Shown here: one piece after another, positions 38,063 through 54,429 of the stretch
Numbering within the stretch: position 1 is the first letter of the stretch
Layout of the letters: every line of letters begins with the position of its first letter
DNA from: Eledone cirrhosa
Lineage: Eukaryota
Length of the DNA stretch: 64,000 bases
Assembly (NCBI GenBank): GCA_964016885.1
Contig: OZ024741.1
Location: forward strand, 391,158,001 to 391,222,000
Direction: 5' to 3'
Translations under genes and position numbers: made by a program
Notes under the pieces: generated by a model
Databases searched by the model: none
What the model saw: the letters and a program-made list of their open reading frames with translations, nothing else
What the model was told of the DNA's origin: nothing

Positions 38063-38707
38063 TTACTGTTTTTTCCTGACTTTTTGCGAGGCTTGGAATG
38101 TAGACAAAGCTTTATGAAGGCAGTTTGAGAATAATTCACTTTTTTTGTTAATTAAGTTTTCATAATTATTAATTATTAATAGGGTCTCCTTTGTGCAGAG
38201 GTTGCAGTTAATTGATATTGAAGAGTTGGTATATATTTTGCTATTACAAAGCTTCGTCCAAAAGATCGAGTATTTTAAATTTTTGTCTTTTAATGACCAT
38301 ATAAGTTGTGATAAAGAAGTCGAAAACTTCCTATTAAAATTCGAAAATGAGCATTTGTGATTCGCAAATCTCCATTTAAATGTCGAAGAAGTTGCTCCTA
38401 TGTAGTTGTATGTGTTGTTATTTGTTTTTACGGTGCATTTATACACCAGATTTCTATCCAGACAGTTATTTTGCAAAGGGCAATCCGGTTTATTTCTACA
38501 ATTACATTTTGATTTATTATTATTTATATTAACACTATTATTAATAGCATTATGTTGATTTTGGTTTAGAGTTATACTGTTTATTTTAGCGATGTTTTGG
38601 GCCATATTCATAGTTGTAGAATAAGACAGTTTAATTGTGTGTCTATTAAATATGGAGTGGTTGAGTGCTTCCAATCTATTGTAAAACTCATTCTTTGATG
38701 TATGCAT
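38063..38707 (-). pseudogene. Penelope-like element C-terminus (CNC linker + GIY-YIG endonuclease), 5'-truncated at a (TA)n tract
   Basis: IKLSYS..N, CNCR..CPL..NC...NLVYKC.V..YIG.TS..FK.RF.NH, CNLC..E. Confidence 0.88.
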
Positions 38708-38725
38708 TGAACCTTGTTTAACATT

Positions 38726-38768
<43 letters not shown>

Positions 38769-39295
38769 ATTATGTATGTATGTATGTATGTATGTATGTA
38801 TGTATGTATGTATGTATGTATGTATGTATGTCAACAACTGTTACAACTAAAAAGTATTAACTTTTTAATGGACGATGCAACAGCGTACAAAAACGGATGT
38901 CGCTGTTTTAAAAATGTGTTCATCGTGAATAGACAAAAATAACCAATAGAAATTTCCTTCTCAAAGGAAGTTACTCATAATGGCACTATTTTAGTTGATA
39001 AATTGGTTAAAGAATTACTCATTGAATACAACGCAATGGATTTTAGAACTGTTTACTCAAACTCGATATAACGTAAATTCACGTCGCCTGAAATCAAAAC
39101 AGGTAGTAACACTCGAACTGAAATTAACCTACAGTTTCTACTACATATTTGAAACAACTGAACTATTTATGCACACGCACACACATTCACACACACACAT
39201 ACACACTTTCTCCCCCCCTCTCTCTTTCTCACACAGACTCATATATATATAGTGTATGTGTGTGTGAGAAAAGTAGATAGCTAGCTAACTAGAGA

Positions 39296-39456
<161 letters not shown>

Positions 39457-39899
39457 AATGGAGCCTCTGTCGGTTTTGACGATTAACATTCTTATTTTTC
39501 GATCACAGAAACTACTTGCTCACTTAATTAATCTGTATGTTGCGAAGTATTCCACTGCCACATTTACTTTTAACGTATTTCTTACGCAGAATTATCAATG
39601 TAGTGGGCGTGACAAGGCTGGCTTTACGTATAATCCATTCGACGGGTTTCCACAATTTTTGTTCAATTCCCTAACAAGGCTCGGGTCCATTCGAAGCAAT
39701 AGCAACAGTTATTTGTCTAATATGTCTCGAACTTCTTAATCTGGTAACCATGTATATACATAAATATATACACACACATATAAATACACACACACATACA
39801 CACACGCGCTCACACGTTGGTGTTAATGTTATAACCTTTTACTGATGAAAGAATTCAACAGTTTTAGTTACAAAACAAAGAGCACTCAATATGCTAGTT

Positions 39900-41000
39900 T
39901 TCTATTAATGACTCCAATGGACATCACACAAAGTTTTCTACAAGCTCAGGCACTTATCTGAGGATATTGTAGTATGGATCACAATCGTTTCTTTTTGGGG
40001 CGCTGATAAGCTGGGATCCTTTTGGATATGCCGGTTCACGTGAAAGAATTCTATGTGGATGGCTGTGATATGTTGAAATATTGAAAGCTGGAAAGTGTAA
40101 TAAATCTGTAGGGGTTTGATTACATTGGCAATGGTGGTAACTCCTTTGTTCTCTCTGGAAGTATATTCTGTGTTGCCGAATTTGAACCGAACCCAGGTAA
40201 ATGTTCTTATGGCAGAAGGAAATTTTTTCACATTTCTTATTAAGTGATTCTGTGAACTTGTACAGGAAGAGTCAGCATTTACACAATCCACTGCAGTTTG
40301 GGGATCCCCGTCAACAATGTGCCAGGTTACATTAAGGTAATCATGCTCCTGGTCCCGGTGCGTTTTATAGAAATGAAACAGGGAACTTAAGTTACTCTTA
40401 ACAGAATTAAAAAAGAGAAGATGGTGGCTATAACATCATTTGACGTAGTTTGCTGTATTCCCGTATAGTTTCCTGGGTTGAGTAAGTATAGCGCTATATA
40501 TCATGGACTTGGAAATCAGTCTTCAATAAGTGGACTAGAATCTCGGTCTCAGCAATTGCAGGTGGGTTGCTAAGGTGTATATACAGTACATATGTGTGTT
40601 TTCTGATGTGGCATGCAATAGTTGAGGTAGTGTTATCCAAACGAGAATAGTAGGCTTTGATATTGTAGAAATTTGAACAGTTTTCAAGTATTACAGAAAT
40701 CTCTTGTCACCACCATAGTGAATCTGTGATTGGGTCGCTGGAATCTGTAAAGAATTACTCTATTTTTAGAAATTTCGTTATGAAAAAGATAAAATGAAAT
40801 AAACCCAGTTGAAACAGCAGAGATCAAACACAGACATCCATGCCCTTACAATCAGTCATGGAACGCCATCGTAATTACCTATGAATCGGAGGTCCACACC
40901 ATATAACAAAACCTAGATATTGAGAAGAAATGTTATGTCTATACGGCGAGTATTAATGTAATTACTATTATTTTATTCAGCCATCAACTGTCAGAAACAG
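39900..41000 (-). mobile_element. Possible very old Penelope-like RT remnant
   Basis: Only faint motif traces on the minus strand (PRFVYG..., GVP..IV, DI..ALY); heavily interrupted. Confidence 0.3.
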
Positions 41001-41229
41001 AGACGAAGAATCTTTCTCAGCTATTCTACTATATATATGGCAATTGTAAAAATGTGAAACTAAACTTGGTATCCACTGGAAAATCTTTGAATTATGTAAA
41101 TTGTACATTGTACATGAATGGGACAAAAATTGCAGATAATAAAATTCTGAGAACAACTTTATAGAAATGAATCATAACAATGTCAGATCTGACAAACACT
41201 TTGATATTTCGACAGTTCTCTTATGAAAT

Positions 41230-42931
41230 AAACAAACGTGAACGTAACAGCTTTTGTGTATAATTTGGAGGCTAAAAGGATTTTCCACGATGTAACCGTT
41301 TCGGTTTCACCGCACGGACAAAATGTTAAGTCAATTGCCAAATTCCACGAGGTAGATTTCCGACCCCTGTGCAGAACAGTTGTCTACCAACAGCAATATT
41401 TTCCGTATTGTCTTCCTCATTTTATTGTACAGTTCAATTGACCAAGTAGTAAATCATTCTCTTGTCATCCAAGACTTTTTGCTGGCATCATATTTAACTG
41501 GAAGATACTTTACGTTTTTGAAGCATCATGGGTTTTTTGGATCGTCCAATAACAAAAGGAAGAAATATCTTAGTCTCTGTTATGTTACAACAAACAAGAA
41601 CAGTTAAGCATTGTTTTGACTTCCTTACTCCTTTAGCTGCGAGAGTATGGTGAGGTAACAACTGATATAAAATACCTGTCTCATCTGCATTAAATATGTC
41701 TTCTTTGCTGTAAGAAGAAATAATATTTTTTTATTTCCCCTTCTTTCCACTCAATCATCTTTTCTACTAGAACATCAATTCCTTCACCACAGATTACTCG
41801 AGCTGTTATACCGAATTGATGACGAAATCGATTCAGCCATTCGACACTGGCCTGAAAAGCCGAGTGACTGAAAAGTTTCGCCATATTCAAAGCTTTCTCT
41901 TGAATAAGTGGACCACTAATTTGTATATTTCGTTCTCTTTGGTTCGTAAACCACACAGAAACTACTTCATCAATATCTTCGAACATCGCAGCCTTTAGGC
42001 GTTTTCATTGTGGACCAAAATTTGCCTCTTTAGATTTTTCTTTAACTTTAGACTGATTCTTCACAATCGTGGACAATGTCGACGGAGTAATGTTAAACTG
42101 TAACGCAATGTCTTTATTTTCCCAGAATCAACAGCTTTCAGAATTTCCAACTTTTTGTGTAACAAAAGCTGTCACCTTTTTTTCGCTTTGTTTTTCATAA
42201 TTTTTCTAAAACCACAGTAACAAATGGGTAACCTTTTGGGTCCAAAATAGAAATTTTTTCGTAAAACCAAAACAAAACAGTACAATTTACTTTATTCTTT
42301 GTATGTGCAAAAGTATCCAAATTTCAATGGTAGGTTGACAACGAATCAATCGAATTAGTGAGAATATTTTTTCAAATAGATATTCTATATTGAATGTATG
42401 ACTTTACTGATTTATGCTTTTTAGTTCAGAAAATCAGTGTGTGATAAGAATGTGAGAACAATGCAGATAGACCTTAAATATAAAATAATAACGACAAAGA
42501 AATTGAAATATTACCATAGAAATACTGTACTTAATTAGACCTAATATTACAGTTTAAGAACGTCACTGAAGTTTCTGAGAACAAGAAAGGTAGAGAGACG
42601 TTTATAAATGACGAGTATATTCGAATAATCAGGTTTGTGCTAGTAGAAATAACACGTGTGTGCAAAACAAAAATACCATGAGGGGGATTTGAAACAACAT
42701 TTTGGAGTTCAAGTTGGATGACAATTCTGCGAGGAGTAATGCAAACATTTTTTTTTTTCGTTTTAACGAGGAATTTTGGCTGCTTAGTGCTGAAATATTT
42801 ATTGTAATGAATATCGTTATAACGACTTTCTGTTATCCTTGTTTTAATAAGCTTGTGGCCGGGGATTGAAAACATTCCGTTATACTGAAAAATTCGTTAT
42901 AATGGTATTCGCTATAACGGAATTTTACCTG
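41230..42931 (-). mobile_element. Tigger/pogo (Tc1-mariner superfamily) DNA transposon remnant
   Basis: CENP-B HTH-like WF...R.RNI.ISGPLIQEKA...FQAS..WL.RF; downstream N.DET and DDE-region traces. Terminus on the minus strand reads TA|CAGGTAAAATTCCGTTATAGCG with internal TATAACG subrepeats. Confidence 0.8.
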
Positions 42932-42936
42932 TATAT

Positions 42937-43033
<97 letters not shown>

Positions 43034-43080
43034 AAGAGTGAAGAATAACATGGTCAACAGTACAAAAAAGGGTTTTATTT

Positions 43081-43201
43081 ACAGTATTAACTGTATTAAT
43101 TGTTTCACTGATTAAGTTGTCTAAAAATTGCTGAACACTTGAAGCTGTGCCATTATATTTAAATACGATGTTAGCTTAACCAGATCATCAGAAAGGACTG
43201 T
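43081..43201 (-). ncRNA. Putative hammerhead ribozyme, left-arm copy
   Basis: Minus strand: ACAGTCCTTT-CTGATGA-[long stem II]-GAAAC...GTT-AATACTGT. Confidence 0.55.
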
Positions 43202-43690
43202 TAAAAATATGCTCAGCGTTTACGAATTCAAATTACATCATTAATAAAGAAAGAGAGAGAAAAAAAGAGAGAAAAAAGAAAGAAAAGAAAAGGATGAAGA
43301 AAAAAGATAAAAGATAAAGAAATAGAAAAACAGAGAAAAAAAAATAAAAATAATAATAATAAATGAATAAATGTTAATAAATAAGTTATAACGAGGATGA
43401 TGAAAAATAATACAAAATATGATAAAAAATAAATTTAATGTGTGCGAAGAAAAGTAAACATAGTATGATTATTGAGAGTAGTTGTGGTGTTGCTGGTTAA
43501 AATATAGAGATGTGATGGTATAAACATGAAAATGTTAAATATATTCATATATATACATATCTTTTTTCTTCATCCTTTTCTCTTCTTTCGTTTTTCTCTC
43601 TGTCTTTCTTCTCTATATCTTTTTTCTTTTTTCTCTCTCTTACTTTATTAATGATGTAATTTGAATTCGTAAACACTGAGTATATTTTAA

Positions 43691-43806
43691 ACAGTCCTTT
43701 CTGATGATCTGGTTAAGCTAACATCGTATTTAAAATTGAGTGGCACAGCTTCAAGTGTTCAGCAATGTTTAGACAACTTAATCAGTGAAACAATTGTTAA
43801 TACTGT
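43691..43806 (+). ncRNA. Putative hammerhead ribozyme with 79-nt stem II
   Basis: ACAGTCCTTT-CTGATGA-[CTGGTTAAG...CTTAATCAG]-GAAA-CAATTG-TT-AATACTGT. Confidence 0.7.
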
Positions 43807-44650
43807 AAATAAAACCCTTTTTTGTACTGTTGACCATGTTATTCTTCACTCTTTCACTATTATTACTCCAAGATTAACTTACATAGGAACTCCTGAGAAC
43901 TCACAAACTCGCCACCTACGGAAACCTCTTGTTGAGTCAAACAACGCCGTACGCTAAAACTATCCACAATACCTTTAACTGGATTACCTATAACGATATT
44001 TTGTTATCCCTTATATATATATATGACAGGCAAGGGGTCAGGAAAAGGAAGTATTGTGGGTAAGAGTAGGGGTGGTTAATGGGTAGGAGTGGAATAGGAG
44101 GAGAAGGGGCATAATGGTCATAGGAATAGCGGGTGGGGATAAGGCTATTTATAGGCTGTATGAGACTTTTGAAGTGAATAATTAGCAGTAAAAAGTGGGT
44201 TATATAGAAGTAAATGAACAATTGGTTAAATAAAATAATAAATAGGATCAAATAAGATCAGATAAAATATAGGGATTTAAAAATAGGTGGATAGAGTGGA
44301 TTATATGGGTTGGTAACCAGTGATGAAGTGTATGTACTATGTGTATTCATACTGCATATATTGAGGCACACAGTGGGAAGTTTTAGAATGTTTTACATAG
44401 AAATACACGAATCAAAGAGTCAGATATTACTTTAATGGAAGGAGTAGTGTGAGGTAAGAATTTAGATATCAAGTAAATGAGTAGGTCGAAAAAGTAAGTA
44501 AAGTATACACACACAGGCAGAGGCGCATTCATTCACGCACACATACATACATACACGTGCACATACATACACATGCATGCACACAAGTACATGCATGTTC
44601 ACATACCTGCACGTGAGCGTGCATGCATAGTCGTGTGCAGACACATACAT

Positions 44651-44723
<73 letters not shown>

Positions 44724-44772
44724 ATAAGTAAAAGCGAAGTAGTTTCAGATGTTCAAGTCCTTTAATAATAAT

Positions 44773-44960
44773 TGTTTCTACTTTAGGCACAAGGCCAGCA
44801 AATACCCAGTACATTACTGGTACTTTATTTTATCGACCCCGTAAGGATGAAAGGCAAAGTTAACCTCAGCGGGATTTGAACTCAGAAATGGCAAGGGTCG
44901 TAACTCTATGCTGGAAAGCATGGCGTCCGACCCTCTACCGATACTGCCAATTCACCGCCC
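44773..44960 (-). mobile_element. tRNA-derived SINE with (ATT)n tail; resembles octopus SINE families
   Basis: Minus strand: GGGCGGTGAATTGGCAGTATCGG (A box) ... GAGTTCAAATCCC (B box). TSD TTTAATAATAAT at 44761-44772 and 44961-44972. Confidence 0.88.
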
Positions 44961-45114
44961 TTTAATAATAATGCTGCGATATATATTTCAATGACGACAC
45001 AAAGGACTTGAACATCTGAAACTACTTCGCTTTTACTTATTCGTTATTTACTCCGTCACTCCTATGTGGAAAAAGTACGTTGAGTGCTTGATTTGAATTG
45101 CATCAATATTTACC

Positions 45115-45160
<46 letters not shown>

Positions 45161-45214
45161 TAAAAAAATAATGAATAAAACAATGAAACAGTTCCTTATA
45201 TTAAACAAAAAAAG

Positions 45215-45369
45215 TTCATTATTTAACGATCGTTTCTAGGATATATATCTGTTAGAATTGGCATGCATATTCAACAGATCTATGTACAAAATTATACAAA
45301 ATTATACAAACTATCAAAATTAAATATACATACCAAACACATATATATGCCGTCTTCAGAAATAATGAA
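45215..45369 (-). ncRNA. Putative hammerhead ribozyme with 116-nt stem II region
   Basis: Minus strand: TTCATTATTT-CTGAAGA-[116 nt]-GAAA-CGATCG-TT-AAATAATGAA; perfect 10-bp stem I, palindromic stem III. Confidence 0.8.
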
Positions 45370-45776
45370 ATATATTTATTGATAATAACAACAATTCAAA
45401 ATTTCAGGTCCGTTTGGGAACAGAGTTCAAATTGACCAATGAAAATACAAAAAATTTTATGCAGTTAGGTGTGTGTATATACATGTAATTAATACGGATT
45501 GGACACTACCGTAAACTCTTGGTAGATTTATCTACATATATATATATATATATATATTTCGTTTCTGAATTTGTTTAGCAAGATTCTTTATTTGAAAACG
45601 TGCGTTGAAACCGATATTGTTATGCTTTGAGAGGGTCATGTTGCCAATAAGAAACACACGCACCAGTGCTTTCACTCCAATTTATTATAAGTTAAATTTA
45701 TAAATTTAAGAATTTATAAATTTATAAATTTCCGGTTAGTTGGTTGATTCCACAACCGGACGGTTGTTCATATATT

Positions 45777-45819
45777 GTCAAAGTTCTTTCGTCACACATT
45801 CTGTGACCTCTTCAGTGAC
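45777..45819 (-). ncRNA. Putative minimal hammerhead ribozyme downstream of a Penelope GIY-YIG fragment
   Basis: Minus strand: GTCA-CTGAAGA-G-GTCACA-GAATG-TGTGAC-GAAA-GAAC-TT-TGAC. Confidence 0.7.
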
Positions 45820-46539
45820 TGGGGATTCTTTTCTTTGTTTTTGTGCCTCTCCTTTGTTCTGTCCTACGCCATCTTGTTTTTGTGTGTGTTGTGTGCTTAG
45901 TTTGCGCATGTGTTACATCCGGGTGTCTGTGTGTGTTTATATTTGTTTATTTATTTGTTTACTTACATGTTACTTGTTAGTTTATTGTTCTATGTGTAGA
46001 TATATGCATATATATATATATGCATATATCTACGCACATGCACATCCATGTACACAGTCTCACATGCGCACACACAGGCCCATACATGTCCATATGAGGA
46101 GAGGAGGTGGTGGAATTGTATGCATCCATGCTCCCACATGAGCCCATGTGAGGAGAGGAAGTGGTAGAATTGTCTGTACACACACCTCCATGTATCATAC
46201 ACATGCACGCACATATGTACGTGCTACATTCATACACCCATACAAGAATCAGGGAAGAAGAGGTTTTAAGGCTATCTGCACATAAACACATGGGAAGTAT
46301 GATATGTAAAAGGAAATTTACAGGTGAGTAGTGGTAGGTTGATGGTACAATGTAGGTGGATATACTGGGTGGGAGAGTAGTGTGTGGACCTGGGGGCCTG
46401 TGCAAGTGGGTTCCTGGGGGAAGTGTGGGCGCTTCGGCAGGTGTGTAAGTGGAGCTTAGTCCAGGTACATGTTGCTGTGCAGGCTTAAATGCCGACTGGG
46501 TTGCGTAGCCTCCAGGATTGTTTGTTAGTTTGAGGCATA

Positions 46540-47075
46540 GGTATGATTTTTTATGCGGTGCATACATTTGGTCACTAGTCCAGATTTTTTGTTTATTAAT
46601 GTGTCCCTATCAAACACTATGCAAAGTGCTTCGACCAAGCACAAGTTACAGCCCCAGGGTAGGGTAGGGCCCTGGTGATGGTAGTCCAGCATAGTTGGTA
46701 GGGTATTCCATTTTCGCGTATCTACCAGAGGTGGCTGGAGAGGCTTGTTGTATGCTTTCACTCTGGGTGTCGGAAGGAATATTTGTGCTGCGTAAATCGT
46801 GATTCGAAGGTATTAGCCGCCATACCTACGTATGCTTCTTCTGTATGCATATGGTGACCTCGCATTCGTATACTACATTGGTAGTTAGGCATTTGAAATC
46901 CAGAGGGCACTCTTTGTGGTGGTGCAGTTTTGTTCTATGGTTGGGTTGGTTGGAGCGTTAGATCTGTGTCTGCTGAGATTAGTCCTGTTAGATGCAGCGA
47001 TATTTTGTGCTATGTTTGGTATCGTTGAGTATGATAGCGTTACAATGTTTTTATTGACTATGGATTTCTCCACCA
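46540..47075 (-). pseudogene. Decayed Penelope-like GIY-YIG C-terminus
   Basis: LSYSTIPNIAQNI, VVYEC, YVG and CNLCLVEA..I...LINKKS parallel the ORF at 38063..38707. Confidence 0.75.
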
Positions 47076-47326
47076 AAAACATACTCTTTCCTTCCATGAC
47101 TCCTACTCCTACTGCAAAAGAGTCCTACTGCAAAAGAGTGATATCTTCATCAAAAGTCTAACATGGCATGCATTCTTTTTCAACTAACATAACCAGAGTG
47201 TGACAACGTCCAACAGAGAGAGAGAGAGAGAGAGAATTATGGATTGACCAACCCACTATTGGGTGAATTTGAAGCAGAGTTCTTCTCGTCTTTTTCTTCA
47301 TCTTCTCCTTCTTCTTCTTCATCATC

Positions 47327-50648
<3,322 letters not shown>

Positions 50649-50660
50649 TTATTATTATTA

Positions 50661-52859
50661 TACCCGAACAAAGAGGATGTTATCGATAATTTCAGGCCCA
50701 TAAACCTGCTAAACGCAGAGTTCAAGATTTTGGCGAAGGTGTTAGCAACGAGGTTGGCGCTTGTCGTCAAGGGTCTGGTGGGAGAGGCGCAGATATGCGC
50801 CAATCCGGACAGATCCATACACGACGACCTCCACCTCATGCGATACATCATAGAGAGAGTGGTTAAGGAACTTGGCACGAGTGGGGCCCTGATCAACATG
50901 GATCAATCCAAAGCATTCGATAAAGTCGACCATCGTACCTGGCGGCGCTTCTCAAGGCAGCCGGTTTCGGGCCCGTTTCCAGGTGTTGGATCGCTGCGAT
51001 GTACAGCGACATCTGCTCAGTTGTGAGGGTGAACGGTCACCTGTCGCAGCCGTTCAGCATCATGCGCTCAGTCCGCTAGGTTTGTCCCCTCTCGTCCCTC
51101 TTGTACGTATTGGCTCTCGAGCCGTTACTGCACAAACTGGGGGCGATGAGGGGCGTCCCACGCGAACTGGGATGCGGGAAATCCGAGTCGGCTTACGCCG
51201 ACGACTTCACCGTGGTGGTGTCGAGCACCAGACACGTCCAGATGCTCGGCACCGCTCTCAAGGAATACGTTGCGGCTACAGGAGCAAAGATAAGCCAGGA
51301 AAAGTCGGTGGGCTTGCAGCTCGGCACCTGGAGAGGCAAGTCCATGCCGCCCGACAGCGTCGTGGGGAGTTGGACGGACGGACCGGTTAAATTGCTCGGG
51401 GTCTGGTTCGGACCGGACCTCCAGATGGAGAAAAACTGGAACGAGGTGACGAGCAAGGTGGCCTCCCACATCCAGAAATGGGTCGAGAGGGAGCTGTCCC
51501 TGAAAGGCCGGGCGGAGGTGGCGAATGCGTACATCGCATCCGTCATCTGCTACCGCCTCACCGTCGTCCCTTGCCCCGGCCCAACTCTCACCAAAATGGA
51601 GCGACTCCTCTTCCGCTTTTTGTGGAAGGGACGCGCTCCCATGGTCAGACGATCCATCTGCTGTCAACACCCGTTGCGTGGAGAACTGGGCATGCGCTGA
51701 TGATGCGCAGACATGCGCTGATGATGCGCAGACATGCGCTGAGGCTGCGACATCTCTGGTGCTTCCTTGGCCGGAAACAGGTGTGGTCGCAGTTCGCCAG
51801 GCACGTTTTCCCACAGCTCGTCTCCTTGACGGAGCTGCAGTCCTGGGTCAGAAAAACACCGAGGGATAGCGCTTGGAAACTGGAATGTCTCCAGGCGCTC
51901 ACTGCCCTCTGCCAGCTGGGCACCAGTACCGGTGGAACATCCACCTCGGCGTTCTATAGAGGACTAGTGGAGGGGAAGTGCGACGACGTTCTCGGAGAGT
52001 CCTGGGCGTCTAAGAAGATCAGCTGTTTGCTCTCTTCCGGAGAACTTTCAGCCCAGGGCCTATGGATAACTTCCCAAATTCCCTGGCCTGGCAGTGCTAC
52101 CGGGGAGCGCTGCCGGTTCGAGATAAGTTCTACAGGCACGGAAGTGCCGTCAACCGAGCCTGTCCGAGATGTGCGCAGAGCGACGAAACCGTGGTGCACG
52201 CACTTGTTCAGTGCCCGAGTATTGCTGACTTATGGAGCTATGTCGAACAGTTGCTGTCGCGTGTAGGACTGATCCGGTTATCGACTGCGTCCATTGTGCA
52301 GATGGTCTCGCCGTCTTCCTTCGAGGAGGAAGGGCAGGCGGTTTTCATCTGCCTGGTGGCCATGGCGAAAGAGATTGTGTGGTGGACAAGGTTGAAAGGG
52401 TTAAAGACAGACACTTTCCTCTTCGGCGAATCCCTAATTAACTTTTTCAAGTTTCACTTGAAGAGGAAAATCAAGGTGGAGAGGCAAGTGCTGCGTTCTA
52501 GCAAGTTTGTTGAAAGGTGGGTGAATGTAGAGAGAATGGTCCGAGTGAACGGGACCGCTCTGAATATACGTCTGTAGTTTGAGAAATGGAAAAATTGAGA
52601 GAGGGCGCTTGCTCTGGTGGTCAGGGTGACCGTGGTCTTTTGTGTGGTTTTCGCCACGAGTAACCCTCGGTGGTTTCCCCCTTATTGGGTAAATTTTCAT
52701 TGTTTCAATTTTCATTTTTATTGTTTATATATATATGTTTCTATGTTTCTATGTTTATATAAATAATATAAATATTTACACGCACAAAACCCACATCGTA
52801 CCGTCCTGTGCCGTCTGTAATATTTTTCTTGATGTCAGCGCTTGTGGCCAATAAAGAAA

Positions 52860-52861
<2 letters not shown>
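50661..52861 (+). mobile_element. Tx1-type copy G: 5'-truncated within RT, same subfamily as F
   Basis: Begins at PNK..IDNFRPI; YADD; 3'UTR near-identical to F; 21-bp tandem duplication at ~51692-51740. Confidence 0.92.
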
Positions 52862-52894
<33 letters not shown>

Positions 52895-52900
52895 GTTGTT

Positions 52901-54405
52901 GTTCTTTGAGTCTCAGTGATTGATGTTATTTAACTGGAAAGTTTGTTGAAATGAATATCAAGCCACTACCTGTAGCCCCAGATATTCAGGACGTATCGGA
53001 GGGTTCTTGCTGTTACCAGCAAGCATGCCTTTTGAAGTGTTCCAAAAAGCGGGGCGGGACCAATTTTCTTCAACCATCCCTGGAAACTTTTTGAGATAGT
53101 ACCTAGTGCGCCTATGACAATTGGGACCACTTTGACCTCATGGCAGTTCCAAATCCTTTTTACCTCCCACTTTAAGTCCTGGTATCGGTTAATTTTCTCC
53201 CTCTCCTTCCTCTGCACTCTCGTGTCGAATGGGCAGGCCACATCTACAATCAGGCACGATCTTTTTCCCTTGTCCAAAACCACTAGGTCAGGCCTTTATA
53301 GTGAGTCTGGGCTAGGTGTTTACACTCGGATACAATGTGAGCCACAGTCTCCTCTCTCTTCCACAGATCCTACACAATGGGCTAGCCTCCTCCTTGTAAA
53401 TATGGTGTTTCAGCCACTTCGTTTTGAGGGCCTGCTCTTGCGCAGCCATTAACATTCCTTCTGTAGCCTTTTTAAGGTCTCCTCTTTTCAACCAGTTCCA
53501 TGTCTGTGGATCTCTAAATTCAGTTTTCTAAAAGAAGGTACTATGAAGGGATTTTTCATAAAGGTTGCTCTTTCTCCTCGTTGTTATTTCCTCCTTGGAC
53601 ATCCCCTGGTTTATTGTCCTCTCCTTCAGTACAATTCTGAGCATTGGCTCCCTACTATAAGTCACGTATTTGTGTAGGTTGTTTTTCTCCATCTGAACAC
53701 AGTCCTCTATGCTGATAAGACTTCTTCCACCTTCAGATCTCCTTAAGTAGAGTCTATCGACATCACTCCTCTTGTGGATCATGTTGTAGATAGTCAATAG
53801 CTTCCTAGTCTTCCTATCCATTTCTTTTTGTTCAGCAACATTCCATCTCAGAATTCCCGCACTATACCTAATAATAGACACAGCGCGGGAATTTACTGCA
53901 CTTATGGCATTCCTACTGTTCAGATGTGACTTTAATACGCTCCTTACTCTCCGAATGTATTCAGATCTTATCAATTCCTTCATGTTTTTGTTCTTGATGT
54001 CCTCAGCCTTCAGAACACCTAAATATTTGTATCCTTCTTCAGTATCAATTTCCTTTATCATCTCACCTGTTGGTACCTGGATTCCGTTGCTTCTGCTCAA
54101 TTTACCCCTCTTCATCACAAGGACTCCACACTTACTAATACCAAATTGCATACATATATCATTGCTGAAAATACGGACAGTGTCAACAAGCACATCCAAC
54201 TGCTTCTCACTCTTCCCGAAGAGCTTAAGATCGTCCATGAAGAGGAGGAGATTGATGGTAAGCTCTTCCTTTCCCAACTTGTATCCTGCTCTCACTTTTC
54301 GCAGTATAATGGTCAGGGGATCAGAGCAAGGACAAACAACAGAGGGGACAAACTATCTCCCTGGAAGATACCTCTCTTGATCTTCACGCCTCCCAAGGAT
54401 TCTCC
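52901..54405 (-). mobile_element. 5'-truncated R4/Dong copy (family of 11135..14905) with an internal deletion at ~53293
   Basis: ORFs 53528..54295 and 52966..53283 match the intact protein; TTA tracts on both sides. Confidence 0.92.
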
Positions 54406-54429
54406 GCCCGATTATTATTATTATTATTA

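Larger units (their letters stand above)
43032..43855. repeat. Large imperfect inverted repeat (~290-bp arms, ~240-bp spacer); inverted pair of Penelope-like pLTRs
   Basis: 43032..~43320 is the reverse complement of ~43561..43855; each arm carries a hammerhead motif. Confidence 0.9.

Noticed and set aside
44860-44960. tRNA gene
   Set aside because: A and B boxes are present but there is no cloverleaf; it is the SINE head, with a tail and TSD.
46080-46175. ~30-bp imperfect tandem duplication (GAGGAGAGGAGGTGGTGGAATTGT)
   Set aside because: Ordinary local duplication in a decayed Penelope 3' region.
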